Positions 28,665-36,492 of a stretch of 64,000 nucleotides of DNA are shown here, piece after piece. Every line of letters starts with the position of its first letter. Position 1 is the stretch's first letter. Origin of the DNA: a virus; the IMG/VR virus record IMGVR_UViG_3300018080_000004; one strand, written 5' to 3'. The position numbers were made by a program, and so were the translations under genes. Below the pieces are notes generated by a model that saw only the letters and a program-made list of their open reading frames with translations, was not told where the DNA came from and did no database searches.

Positions 28665-29701
28665 TAGAGGTAGACGAGCTGTTCCTCTTCATCGAGGGGG
28701 ACCCCGGCCTGGGGGACCCCTCCGACCCGTTCTCCGGCCTGGGTTTCCGGGGGCGCCGGGACCTCCTTCCGGCCCTCGACGCCTACCGGAGATGGGAAGA
28801 GGACCAGCTCCTCGTGCAGTCCATCGCCGAGAGCAAGGCGGTGGGGACCGTGGCGTTCGAGCCCTTCTCGCGGGGCAAGCGGTACTCCCAGATGGCCTCC
28901 AGGCCGTCCTACGCCCGCGAGGTCCGGTACGAGCTCTCGGCAGCCCGCAAGACCTTCGACAAGCTCCAGGCGGAGGCCCGCTCGAAACTCCTCCGGATGG
29001 CCCACGAGTTCGAGGCCGGGGCGTACACGGCGCAGGAGTTCCAGAGACTTTCGGCGGAGCTCCTGGCCTCCTACTACGAGCGCATTTTCAACACCGGACG
29101 CAAGGCGAGCGGCCTCGTCAAGTTCATGCCCAAGGAGATCGTGCCGACCCAGTGGGAGCGGTCGTGGCTCCGGAGCGCGGTGCGGCAAGAGATCGCCTAC
29201 TGGACGAACTTCGTGGCAGAGCTCGCCGCCGGGGAGGTCCAGTTTGCGCCCAAGGGCGTCTCGGAGCTTCCCAGGCCCCCTCGGCGCCGCTTCTACGCCG
29301 AGGAGCGCATCGAGATGTTCATCAAGAGCATGGAGAGCATGTTCGACTCGGCCCGCGTCACCGGCCTCCCCGACAACTCGCTCATTTACTGGAGCGGTCC
29401 TGGAATCAAGGACAAGCGTATCTGCGAGGGATGCCAGTACGTCGTCGAGCGGCAGCCCTTCCCCAAAGAGCTCCTCCCGGCTGTCCCCCGCGCCGGGATG
29501 ACCCCGTGCCGGACAAACTGCCGCCACCGGCTCCTCGTCCGGCAGGCCGACTCGCGGGAGATCACACGACGCAAGCGGGCCCTCCCGAAGAGAACCTCGA
29601 TGGTGGCCGCCATGGAGGAGATCATGAAGCGCCGAGGGGGCGGTCGCCGGAGGCTGCGCCGTATGCGGGGGGCGCTCACGAACCCGTGGGGGAAACGATG
29701 A
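28655..29701 (+). CDS. Head morphogenesis protein (Mu gpF/SPP1 gp7-like)
   Basis: C-terminal W...ICEGC...P...CRTNCRHRL; follows portal. Confidence 0.62.
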   Translation: MRLIEVDELFLFIEGDPGLGDPSDPFSGLGFRGRRDLLPALDAYRRWEEDQLLVQSIAESKAVGTVAFEPFSRGKRYSQMASRPSYAREVRYELSAARKTFDKLQAEARSKLLRMAHEFEAGAYTAQEFQRLSAELLASYYERIFNTGRKASGLVKFMPKEIVPTQWERSWLRSAVRQEIAYWTNFVAELAAGEVQFAPKGVSELPRPPRRRFYAEERIEMFIKSMESMFDSARVTGLPDNSLIYWSGPGIKDKRICEGCQYVVERQPFPKELLPAVPRAGMTPCRTNCRHRLLVRQADSREITRRKRALPKRTSMVAAMEEIMKRRGGGRRRLRRMRGALTNPWGKR

Positions 29702-30234
29702 GGCTCCTGCTCGCCCTCGACATGGGCATCGCCGGATGCGGCGCGTGCCTGTACGACATGGACGCGGACTCCATCTACCGGATCGGGGGCACCATCACGT
29801 ACCGGGACAACCGTCTGAAAACAACGGTGGACGACTTCCGGCGGATGGGCCTCGTGCTCGACTTCCTACAGCCCTTCCGGGACGAGGGGCCCCTCGGCGT
29901 GGCGTTCGAGGCCCCGGCCGGGGCGCAGAGCGCGGCAGCGGAGAAGTCCCTCGCCACGGGACGCACCATGGCGTTCATGATTGCGCGGGAGGACGCCCTG
30001 GAGTGGCGCGGGTACACCGTGGGGGCGTGCAAGAAGGCCGTGGGGCTCAAAGGGAACGCCAAGGCGGACAAGAAGATCACCCAGCGGGTGGTCATGGAGC
30101 GGTGGCCCATGGCCGTCTGGCCCACCGGTCAGAAGCATTTCGAGGACGCGGCCGACGCGGCGGCCGTGGTCCTGGCGGCTGAGAAGGATGGTTTCGTGGA
30201 GTACCTCAAGGACCGATGGAAACACCTCCTGTAA
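29698..30234 (+). CDS. ruvC: RuvC-like Holliday junction resolvase
   Basis: LALDMG, AFEAP, KKAVG.KGNA, DAADAAAV. Confidence 0.85.
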   Translation: MRLLLALDMGIAGCGACLYDMDADSIYRIGGTITYRDNRLKTTVDDFRRMGLVLDFLQPFRDEGPLGVAFEAPAGAQSAAAEKSLATGRTMAFMIAREDALEWRGYTVGACKKAVGLKGNAKADKKITQRVVMERWPMAVWPTGQKHFEDAADAAAVVLAAEKDGFVEYLKDRWKHLL

Positions 30235-30518
30235 GCCGGATCATGCTCGAAATCGACGGTCTCTACTACCCCCAGGCCGTTTTCGACTCTCTCTTGAATC
30301 AGGTGATGGGGGAGGTCCTCCAGGGAATCATTGACAAGTCGTCGGGCCCCCGGAACGCGGCGGCCCGGATCGCTCGGCTCAAGAGCCCCGCCGTCCGGGA
30401 CCGGGTGTACCGCGAGGCCATGCGCCGTACAAAGGCGTCCGTGCCCGGTATCAAGGCCGAGGAGATTGCCGACGGGTACACCCTCCTGCCCCAAAAACGT
30501 CCCAAAAAAACCGCTTGA
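30216..30518 (+). CDS. Hypothetical protein
   Basis: ORF with SD AAGGA filling the gap before the promoter. Confidence 0.5.
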   Translation: METPPVSRIMLEIDGLYYPQAVFDSLLNQVMGEVLQGIIDKSSGPRNAAARIARLKSPAVRDRVYREAMRRTKASVPGIKAEEIADGYTLLPQKRPKKTA

Positions 30519-30543
30519 CAAGCCCACCGTGATACCATAAGAT
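30515..30543 (+). promoter_or_regulatory. Conserved-spacer sigma70 promoter
   Basis: TTGACA-AGCCCACCGTGATACCA-TAAGAT, A-tract upstream. Confidence 0.75.
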
Positions 30544-30575
30544 TTGAGCCATAGGACGGCTTTCTGGAGGCTACT

Positions 30576-31151
30576 ATGGCAGACGAAAAGGAAAAACAGG
30601 CGCTCCTGCACGAGGCGGTGATCCTCAAGGGGCAGATGGACTTCTTCGAGAAGAAGTACAAGGAGGCGAAGGACGCGCTCCGGTCCCTCATGGAGGAGGA
30701 CGGGGACGCTTTCGTGGAGTCCGAGGACGGCAAGGCGTTCTACAAGAACCAGACCTCGGTGGTCCTGGCCGACGCCCCCACGGTCGCCCGACTCCTGCAC
30801 AAGGACGAGCTCGTGGACCTCGTGGCCGGGGGCAAGCTGACCCAGAGCGACGTGAACTTCCTCACGACCGTGACCACCGGCCGCAACATCTCCGGGCTCT
30901 TCACCGAAGTCCCCTCCCGTTCCTTCACGGCCGAAAAGGCCCGCACGAGGGAGGAGAAGGCCCGCATCCAGGCCGCCATCGACAAGGAGGCCGAGAGCGC
31001 CATGCAGGAGCTCTCCGAGCGCGTCAACCGTTTCCGGGGGCGTCTCGGCCTGGGCCGCTCCGAGCGCCTGGGCGAGCCCAAGGGAGCTGCCGCGAAGTAT
31101 GGCGGCAAGGGGAGGGAGAGGGGAGGCAAGAAAAAAGCGAAAAAGGGCTAA
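30576..31151 (+). CDS. Hypothetical coiled-coil protein with Lys-rich tail
   Basis: SD GGAGG; strong codon bias. Confidence 0.65.
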   Translation: MADEKEKQALLHEAVILKGQMDFFEKKYKEAKDALRSLMEEDGDAFVESEDGKAFYKNQTSVVLADAPTVARLLHKDELVDLVAGGKLTQSDVNFLTTVTTGRNISGLFTEVPSRSFTAEKARTREEKARIQAAIDKEAESAMQELSERVNRFRGRLGLGRSERLGEPKGAAAKYGGKGRERGGKKKAKKG

Positions 31152-31196
31152 AGGAACCCCGCAAGTGTACCGATATAAGAGTGGAGGATTTCCCCT

Positions 31197-31805
31197 ATGG
31201 CAAAGAAAGCGAAGACCCTGGCGGACCTCGTGGCGGAGGTCCAGGAGATGCTGCCACCCGGCTGCTCTCTCATCATCGGCCCGGACCGCGTGCTCTCCCT
31301 CGGCGGGGGACCCGCGCCCGTGAAGGGGGACGAGGACGACGACATCGACCTCGGCCCGGAACCCGACCCCAGCGACGAAGCGGCGGACGAGACCGCCGAG
31401 GCGGGGGACGAAGACGGCGGGGACGACGGCGACGTGTGGAAGGACGGCGACCGTTGTCAGGTGAAGATCGAGGGGGACTACTACCCCGGAACCGTCAAGG
31501 ACGTGAACATCGACGATGAGAAGGTGTTCATCGCCTTCGACGACGGCGACGAGGGGTGGTACTCCATCGAGGAAGTCGAGACCCTGGGCGACGAGGACGA
31601 CGACAGCGAGGACGCGGGCACCTTCGGCCTGGAGGCCCTGGGGCTCGCCAAGAAGGTCCAGGAGAAGCTGGAGGCCGAGGGCTACGCCACGGTCCAGGAG
31701 GTCGCCGACGCGCTCGCCGACGGCACCCTGGAGGAGCTCAAGAGCATCCCCAAGGCGGCGCTGGCCTCGATCAAGAAGTCGGTCCAGAACTTCAACGCCA
31801 AGTGA
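31197..31805 (+). CDS. Acidic protein with Tudor/SH3-like domain and C-terminal HhH (RNAP alpha-CTD/NusA-like)
   Basis: WKDGDRCQV...YYPGTV...VFIAFDDGDEGW; LEALGL...LEAEGYATVQEV...LKSIP. Confidence 0.6.
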   Translation: MAKKAKTLADLVAEVQEMLPPGCSLIIGPDRVLSLGGGPAPVKGDEDDDIDLGPEPDPSDEAADETAEAGDEDGGDDGDVWKDGDRCQVKIEGDYYPGTVKDVNIDDEKVFIAFDDGDEGWYSIEEVETLGDEDDDSEDAGTFGLEALGLAKKVQEKLEAEGYATVQEVADALADGTLEELKSIPKAALASIKKSVQNFNAK

Positions 31806-31836
31806 CCCTCCCCTCATCGGGCACCAGTGGCGACCG

Positions 31837-31869
31837 GGGGGCGGCCGAAAGGTCGCCCCCCATCTTTTT
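31837..31869 (+). terminator. Intrinsic terminator
   Basis: GGGGGCGGCC-GAAA-GGTCGCCCCC then CATCTTTTT. Confidence 0.75.
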
Positions 31870-31878
31870 CCCCCCGCG

Positions 31879-31896
31879 ACTGTCGGTAGCGACAGT
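31879..31896. repeat. 18-bp palindrome ACTGTCGGTAGCGACAGT upstream of parB (candidate parS/operator)
   Basis: Other copies at 47307 (GTAT centre), 62810, 62889 and 63766. Confidence 0.7.
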
Positions 31897-31986
31897 GCGA
31901 AAATTCCTGTATTTTCTGCTTGCAATCGTAACATAATACGGTACACTCTTGGATGTATCCTCGTGAGTCAAGCACAGGAGGTAGTC

Positions 31987-33249
31987 ATGGGAAAGAAAAA
32001 GGGCGTCAAAAAGGGCGTTCGCAAGGGCGCCGGGACGGCGGCCCGGAGCACGCCGCCCAAGGAGCGCAGGCTGGGCGCGTCGTATCTCGCCACGGCCTCG
32101 CTCAAGGAAGCCCAGGACCTCAAGCTCAGGGACGTGGACAAGGCGTCCGAGGAGTTCCTGGAGCTCGTCGCTTCCATCCGGCAGCACGGCTTCTACGACC
32201 CGATCCTCGTGACGGAGCGGAACGGGGACATCCTCGTGGTGGACGGCTACAACCGGCTGGCCGCCGCCAAGGAGGTGGGGCTCAAGGAGGTTCCCATCAC
32301 CCACGTCCAGGGGTCGCGGGAGGACCTCGTGCTCGCGGCGTTCGACCTCTCCACGCGGCGGATCAACATGACCCCGATGACGGAGGCCCGCGCCGTGGCC
32401 CGTGCCATGGAGGCCCTGGGCACCAAGACCGCCAAAGAGGTGGCAAAGCGCATGGGGCGCTCGGAGCGGTGGGTCTCGATCCACACGCAGCTCCTCGCCC
32501 TTCCGAAGGACCTCCAGAAGGGCCTCGACGGGGGCGACACGGACATCACGGTGGGCAAGTGCCACGAGCTGCTCAGGGTGCACCCGGAGGACCGGGGCCG
32601 CTTCATCGGCAAGCTCAGGGAGCTCACCGAGCCTTTCTTCCGCGCCCACATCGAGCACGCCGTCAAGAACGGCACCGCCCGGTGGGCCGACGGCCGGAAG
32701 GAGCCCAGGAAGCCGAGGGAGGACAAGAAGACGCCGAGGGAGCAGGCGGACAAGCACAAGCGCACCCCGCAGACGGCCGTGGAGGGGGCGCGGGGACCGG
32801 AGGTCGTGGTGTCGTCGGAGCCCGTTCTGGAGGGGCGCCCTGTCGCGGAGGTCCAGCGGGCGATCCGGAAGGTCGAGGGCTCCCTCTCGAAGTACCAGGA
32901 GAAGAGGGCCAAGGCGGAGACGGATGCGGGGGTGAGGGGCAAGAAGAAGAAGCTCAAGGGAAAACAGCTCGCCGAGTTCGTGGCGGCCGAGGTCGCCAAG
33001 TGGGACGAGAAGAATTCCGGTACGATCATCTTCCTGCGGGGGCAGGTCGCCGGGCTTCTCTACTCCATCAATCTCGATCCGGGCGCCCCTTCTCTCGTTG
33101 CCGCCCTGGCGGAGTGGTGCAAGGCGAACGGCATCGGCAAGCCCAAGACCACGAAGGTGGGGGGAGGCAAGAAGAAGGCCGCGAGGGGAGGCAAGAAGAA
33201 GGCCGCGAGGGGCGGCAAGCGGCCCACCAAGAAGACGGCCGGAAAGTAG
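31987..33249 (+). CDS. parB: ParB/Spo0J-family protein with Lys-rich termini
   Basis: LVASIRQHGFYDPILV, VVDGYNRLAAA, HTH AKRMGRSERWVS. Confidence 0.85.
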   Translation: MGKKKGVKKGVRKGAGTAARSTPPKERRLGASYLATASLKEAQDLKLRDVDKASEEFLELVASIRQHGFYDPILVTERNGDILVVDGYNRLAAAKEVGLKEVPITHVQGSREDLVLAAFDLSTRRINMTPMTEARAVARAMEALGTKTAKEVAKRMGRSERWVSIHTQLLALPKDLQKGLDGGDTDITVGKCHELLRVHPEDRGRFIGKLRELTEPFFRAHIEHAVKNGTARWADGRKEPRKPREDKKTPREQADKHKRTPQTAVEGARGPEVVVSSEPVLEGRPVAEVQRAIRKVEGSLSKYQEKRAKAETDAGVRGKKKKLKGKQLAEFVAAEVAKWDEKNSGTIIFLRGQVAGLLYSINLDPGAPSLVAALAEWCKANGIGKPKTTKVGGGKKKAARGGKKKAARGGKRPTKKTAGK

Positions 33250-33253
33250 GGGC

Positions 33254-33353
33254 TTGCGTCCGAGCGCGGGACAGTGTAGGCTGAGCTCGGATTCACCGAG
33301 GGGGAATCCACCTGTGCGGGGGAGCGGTGCCCACAGCACCGCTCTTCTTTTTT
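33254..33353 (+). ncRNA. Candidate ~65-nt small RNA with its own promoter and terminator, partly antisense to tRNA-Leu
   Basis: TTGCGT-17 bp-TAGGCT; terminator GAGCGGTGC-CCACA-GCACCGCTC-TTCTTTTTT; 33296-33313 is the exact reverse complement of 43999-44016. Confidence 0.45.
33322..33353 (+). terminator. Intrinsic terminator
   Basis: 9-bp stem followed by TTCTTTTTT. Confidence 0.8.
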
Positions 33354-33365
33354 GCTATTTTCGGA

Positions 33366-33394
33366 TGGACACGCGGATCGTGATGCGGTATAAT
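33366..33394 (+). promoter_or_regulatory. Conserved-spacer sigma70 promoter for the PPDK operon
   Basis: TGGACA-CGCGGATCGTGATGCGG-TATAAT. Confidence 0.7.
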
Positions 33395-33422
33395 CGGGCT
33401 GTCGTCATTGGAGTAAGTCCGA

Positions 33423-35450
33423 GTGCTTACGAAGCAGCATATCGTGGGGCTGCGGAAACGACTGGCAGCCCTCCAAGCGGCCGGGGTGAGCGCGGCGCCC
33501 ACGATCATCTCCGGTCCGGATGTCCAGTTCAAGAAGAAGGGCGTCTTCCGGGTCTATGGTGTCGCCGGGGTGTGGGAGTACGCCGGGATGCCACGAGGTC
33601 TTCGGAAGGAGATCAAGGAGCGCGGGCTGGAGTGGTGTCTCGTGCAGCGCCTCCCAGGTTCCCCGGCCGAGGCGCACGAGTGGGTCAGCGTGAGCACGCG
33701 GGACCCCAGGACTGGGGATAGCACGCCGGTGGGTGAGTTCCACGACGGGGACGACTGGGTGCATCTGTCCGAATACGGCGGAGACTCGGACCGTCTCGCG
33801 GAGTTCTGCCGGGTGGTGGAGGGGGTTCTCAAGGACGTGGCCCGTGTCGAGGCGGTCCGCCAGGGCCCGGACGACGAGTTTCAGGTCCTCTCCGTCTTTC
33901 CCCTTGTCCGGACTGTGGGCGCGGCGCTCTCGTTCGTCCGGGACCTCGTGGACGAGGGCATCCTGACCCAGGAGGAGGCCCTCCTTCGTATTTCCCCCAG
34001 CGACGTGGCCTCCATGGAGACGCCCACGCTGGACGCCATTCCGGAGGACGCCATCGCCAAGGGGACCCCGGCGGCGCCTGGGGTTGCTATCGGGCCGGTG
34101 GCGTGGGGGGCGGATGAGGCGGTCCAACACTACGCCGAGCACGGGGACAGGGCCGTCCTCGTGGTCAAGATGACCTCCCCGGAGGACGTGTCAGCTCTTC
34201 GCTACTGCTCCGGGATCGTGACGGAACGCGGGGGCTTGACCTCCCATGCGGCCGTGGTGGCTCGTGGGATGGGGCTCCCGTGCATCGTCTCCGCCAAGGG
34301 CATCGGCAGCCGACGTGGGGAGAACCTCACCATCTCCATGGACGGATCGACTGGCCTCCTTTTCGAGGGGGCGGTCCCTCTGGCGGCCCTTGCCGGAACG
34401 GCCATCCTCGACGAGGTGCTCCGCTGGGTCGAGCCCGGCATGCGGGTGTACGCCAACGTGGACACCCCGGACGCCACGGAAGAGGCCGTAAGCGCGTACG
34501 GTGCCCAGGGGGTGGGGCTCTGCCGGACCGAACACCAGTTCTTCGGGAAGGACAGGATCGAGCCTTTCCGGCGCATGCTCATGGCCGACACGGACGCCCT
34601 CCGGAAGGCCGCCCTCATTCGGCTCCTGGAGTTTCAGCGCGAAGACTTCCAGGGCATCTTCGAGGGGGCGGACGGTGCGCCCGTTACAATCCGGCTTCTG
34701 GACGCGCCGCTTCACGAGTTCTGGGGGGAGGGGGCAGCGGCCGACCTGGGAATTCCGAACACGGCGGTGCAACGCTACACCGAGGCCCTTCGGGAGTCGA
34801 ACCCCATGCTGGGGCACCGGGGCTGCCGCCTGGGGATCACCGCACCGGAAGTCTACGCCATGCAGACCCAGGCCGTCGCCGAGGCGGCCAAGAAGGTCGA
34901 AGGGGCGCGGCCCAGGATCATGGTCCCCCTTGTGGCGTCGGTGCGCGAGCTCATCACTCTCCGGGCCCTCGTGGAGGACATCCTGGAGAAGGTCCTCGGC
35001 AAGAGGGCTGCCAAGGCGGTCCCCATCGGGACCATGATCGAGACTCCCAGGGCGTGCCTCACGGCCGATGAGATCGCCCACCACGCCGACTTCATGTCCT
35101 TCGGGACAAATGACCTGACCCAGATGGTCTGGGGCTTCTCCCGCGACGACGCGGAGAAGTGGATGCCACGATACTTGGACCTTCGGGTCCTCCAGGCCGA
35201 CCCGTTCGCCACGCTCGATGTCCGGGGGGTGGGGCGTCTTATCCGACTGGGCATCGAGCTGGCACGGGCGGTTCGTCCGAAGATCGAGATCGGCGTGTGC
35301 GGCGAGCACGCGGCCGACCCCAGGTCCATCACGGCCTTCGCCCACCTGGGGGTGGACTACATCTCCTGCTCCCCCTCACGCCTCAAGATGGCGAGGCTCG
35401 CGGCGGCGCAGGTAGCGGTTCGAGGGAAGGTAACATGCGGCTCCGTCTGA
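33423..35450 (+). CDS. ppdK: Pyruvate phosphate dikinase-like PEP-utilising enzyme with a shortened/degenerate N-terminal nucleotide-binding domain
   Basis: GGLTSHAAVVARG, GLCRTEH, IRLLD, ESNPMLGHRGCR, GTMIETPRA, SFGTNDLTQ, GVCGEH. Confidence 0.88.
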   Translation: MLTKQHIVGLRKRLAALQAAGVSAAPTIISGPDVQFKKKGVFRVYGVAGVWEYAGMPRGLRKEIKERGLEWCLVQRLPGSPAEAHEWVSVSTRDPRTGDSTPVGEFHDGDDWVHLSEYGGDSDRLAEFCRVVEGVLKDVARVEAVRQGPDDEFQVLSVFPLVRTVGAALSFVRDLVDEGILTQEEALLRISPSDVASMETPTLDAIPEDAIAKGTPAAPGVAIGPVAWGADEAVQHYAEHGDRAVLVVKMTSPEDVSALRYCSGIVTERGGLTSHAAVVARGMGLPCIVSAKGIGSRRGENLTISMDGSTGLLFEGAVPLAALAGTAILDEVLRWVEPGMRVYANVDTPDATEEAVSAYGAQGVGLCRTEHQFFGKDRIEPFRRMLMADTDALRKAALIRLLEFQREDFQGIFEGADGAPVTIRLLDAPLHEFWGEGAAADLGIPNTAVQRYTEALRESNPMLGHRGCRLGITAPEVYAMQTQAVAEAAKKVEGARPRIMVPLVASVRELITLRALVEDILEKVLGKRAAKAVPIGTMIETPRACLTADEIAHHADFMSFGTNDLTQMVWGFSRDDAEKWMPRYLDLRVLQADPFATLDVRGVGRLIRLGIELARAVRPKIEIGVCGEHAADPRSITAFAHLGVDYISCSPSRLKMARLAAAQVAVRGKVTCGSV

Positions 35451-35695
35451 TAAACCCACAGACCCACGACATCCTGTTCGACGGGGACCCGAACGAGAAC
35501 CCCAAGGACTTCCGGGACGCCCAGCGACTTGTCCCGGATGCGGTCCTGGAGGAGGTCGTACCCCCTCCGAGGCCAGAGCCGAGGCGGGAGGTGGCCTACG
35601 TCGGTGCGGTCATCTGGTGCTGCCTGGGGGCGGTCCTCGTGGCCCTGGCGCTCGGCTTCGCCGTGCGCGTGTTCATCTGGGCGTCTGGCTTATGA
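35435..35695 (+). CDS. Small membrane protein
   Basis: C-terminal hydrophobic helix. Confidence 0.55.
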   Translation: MRLRLINPQTHDILFDGDPNENPKDFRDAQRLVPDAVLEEVVPPPRPEPRREVAYVGAVIWCCLGAVLVALALGFAVRVFIWASGL

Positions 35696-36180
35696 GCAAG
35701 CCCGCCATACCGGAGCCCTGCGCCTCGTGCGGGATCAAGGGCACCCGGAAGCCGAGGGGGGCCCTGTGCTGCCGGTACATCACCGTGCGGATCATGCCCC
35801 CGGTGGACGAGGACGACTGGGAGGAAATCCGGTGGTGGGTGGCCCACGAGGGAGTCCTCGTGTACGCGGACGTGCAGGCGTCCAGGCGCACCGACTGGTA
35901 TCTCCAGGTGGACACCCGGTGCCGAGCCCTGGGCGCCGGGAACGTCTGCAAGGTGTACGAGGCGAGGCCGGGCCCGTGCCGGGACTACTCGCCGAGCGAC
36001 TGCGAGGCGGTCCCAGGGGGCCCGGCCGGGGCGGCCGAGCACGCCATCGAGCTCCGGACCCTCGCGGACGCGGAGCGGTACGCCGACGCCTCTCTCCGCC
36101 TGGGGGTCCTCGCGGGGCGCCTCAAGGACCCCAAGAGCGTCCCGGAATCGAGGTCGGCGAGGTACACAATAGACCCATGA
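35692..36180 (+). CDS. YkgJ/CxxCxxCC family Zn/Fe-S-binding protein
   Basis: CASC...CC...CRAL...CKVYEARPGPCRDY. Confidence 0.8.
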   Translation: MSKPAIPEPCASCGIKGTRKPRGALCCRYITVRIMPPVDEDDWEEIRWWVAHEGVLVYADVQASRRTDWYLQVDTRCRALGAGNVCKVYEARPGPCRDYSPSDCEAVPGGPAGAAEHAIELRTLADAERYADASLRLGVLAGRLKDPKSVPESRSARYTIDP

Positions 36181-36329
36181 CGCGCAAAGGCAAACAACGC
36201 CCTAAAGACCTCCTCCGGCCCAACCGAGCGGCCATGAGGAGGGCCCTCCGGCGCGTGCGCCTCGACGAGGCCCGCCCGGAGGCGTTCGACGCCCACCTGG
36301 GTGCTCTGGTGCGTCGGATCAGCAAATAG
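36177..36329 (+). CDS. Small basic protein
   Basis: ATGA overlap; ends just before a terminator. Confidence 0.45.
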   Translation: MTRKGKQRPKDLLRPNRAAMRRALRRVRLDEARPEAFDAHLGALVRRISK

Positions 36330-36355
36330 AGCCATTCTTGGCCCCTTTCGAGGGG

Positions 36356-36399
36356 AGGCCCTACGCTGGGTCGGCCCTGGCGTGGGGCCTTATTTTTTT
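36356..36399 (+). terminator. Intrinsic terminator
   Basis: AGGCCCTACGC...GCGTGGGGCCT then TATTTTTTT. Confidence 0.8.
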
Positions 36400-36421
36400 C
36401 ATCGCGCACGGTATTTTCTGC

Positions 36422-36450
36422 TTGAAAAGTGGACCGTGATACCCTATAAT
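36422..36450 (+). promoter_or_regulatory. Early promoter cassette 1
   Basis: TTGAAA-AGTGGACCGTGATACCC-TATAAT. Confidence 0.88.
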
Positions 36451-36492
36451 ATAATTAGACGGGAGACGTGAGAGAGACGAAAGGAGCGCGAG

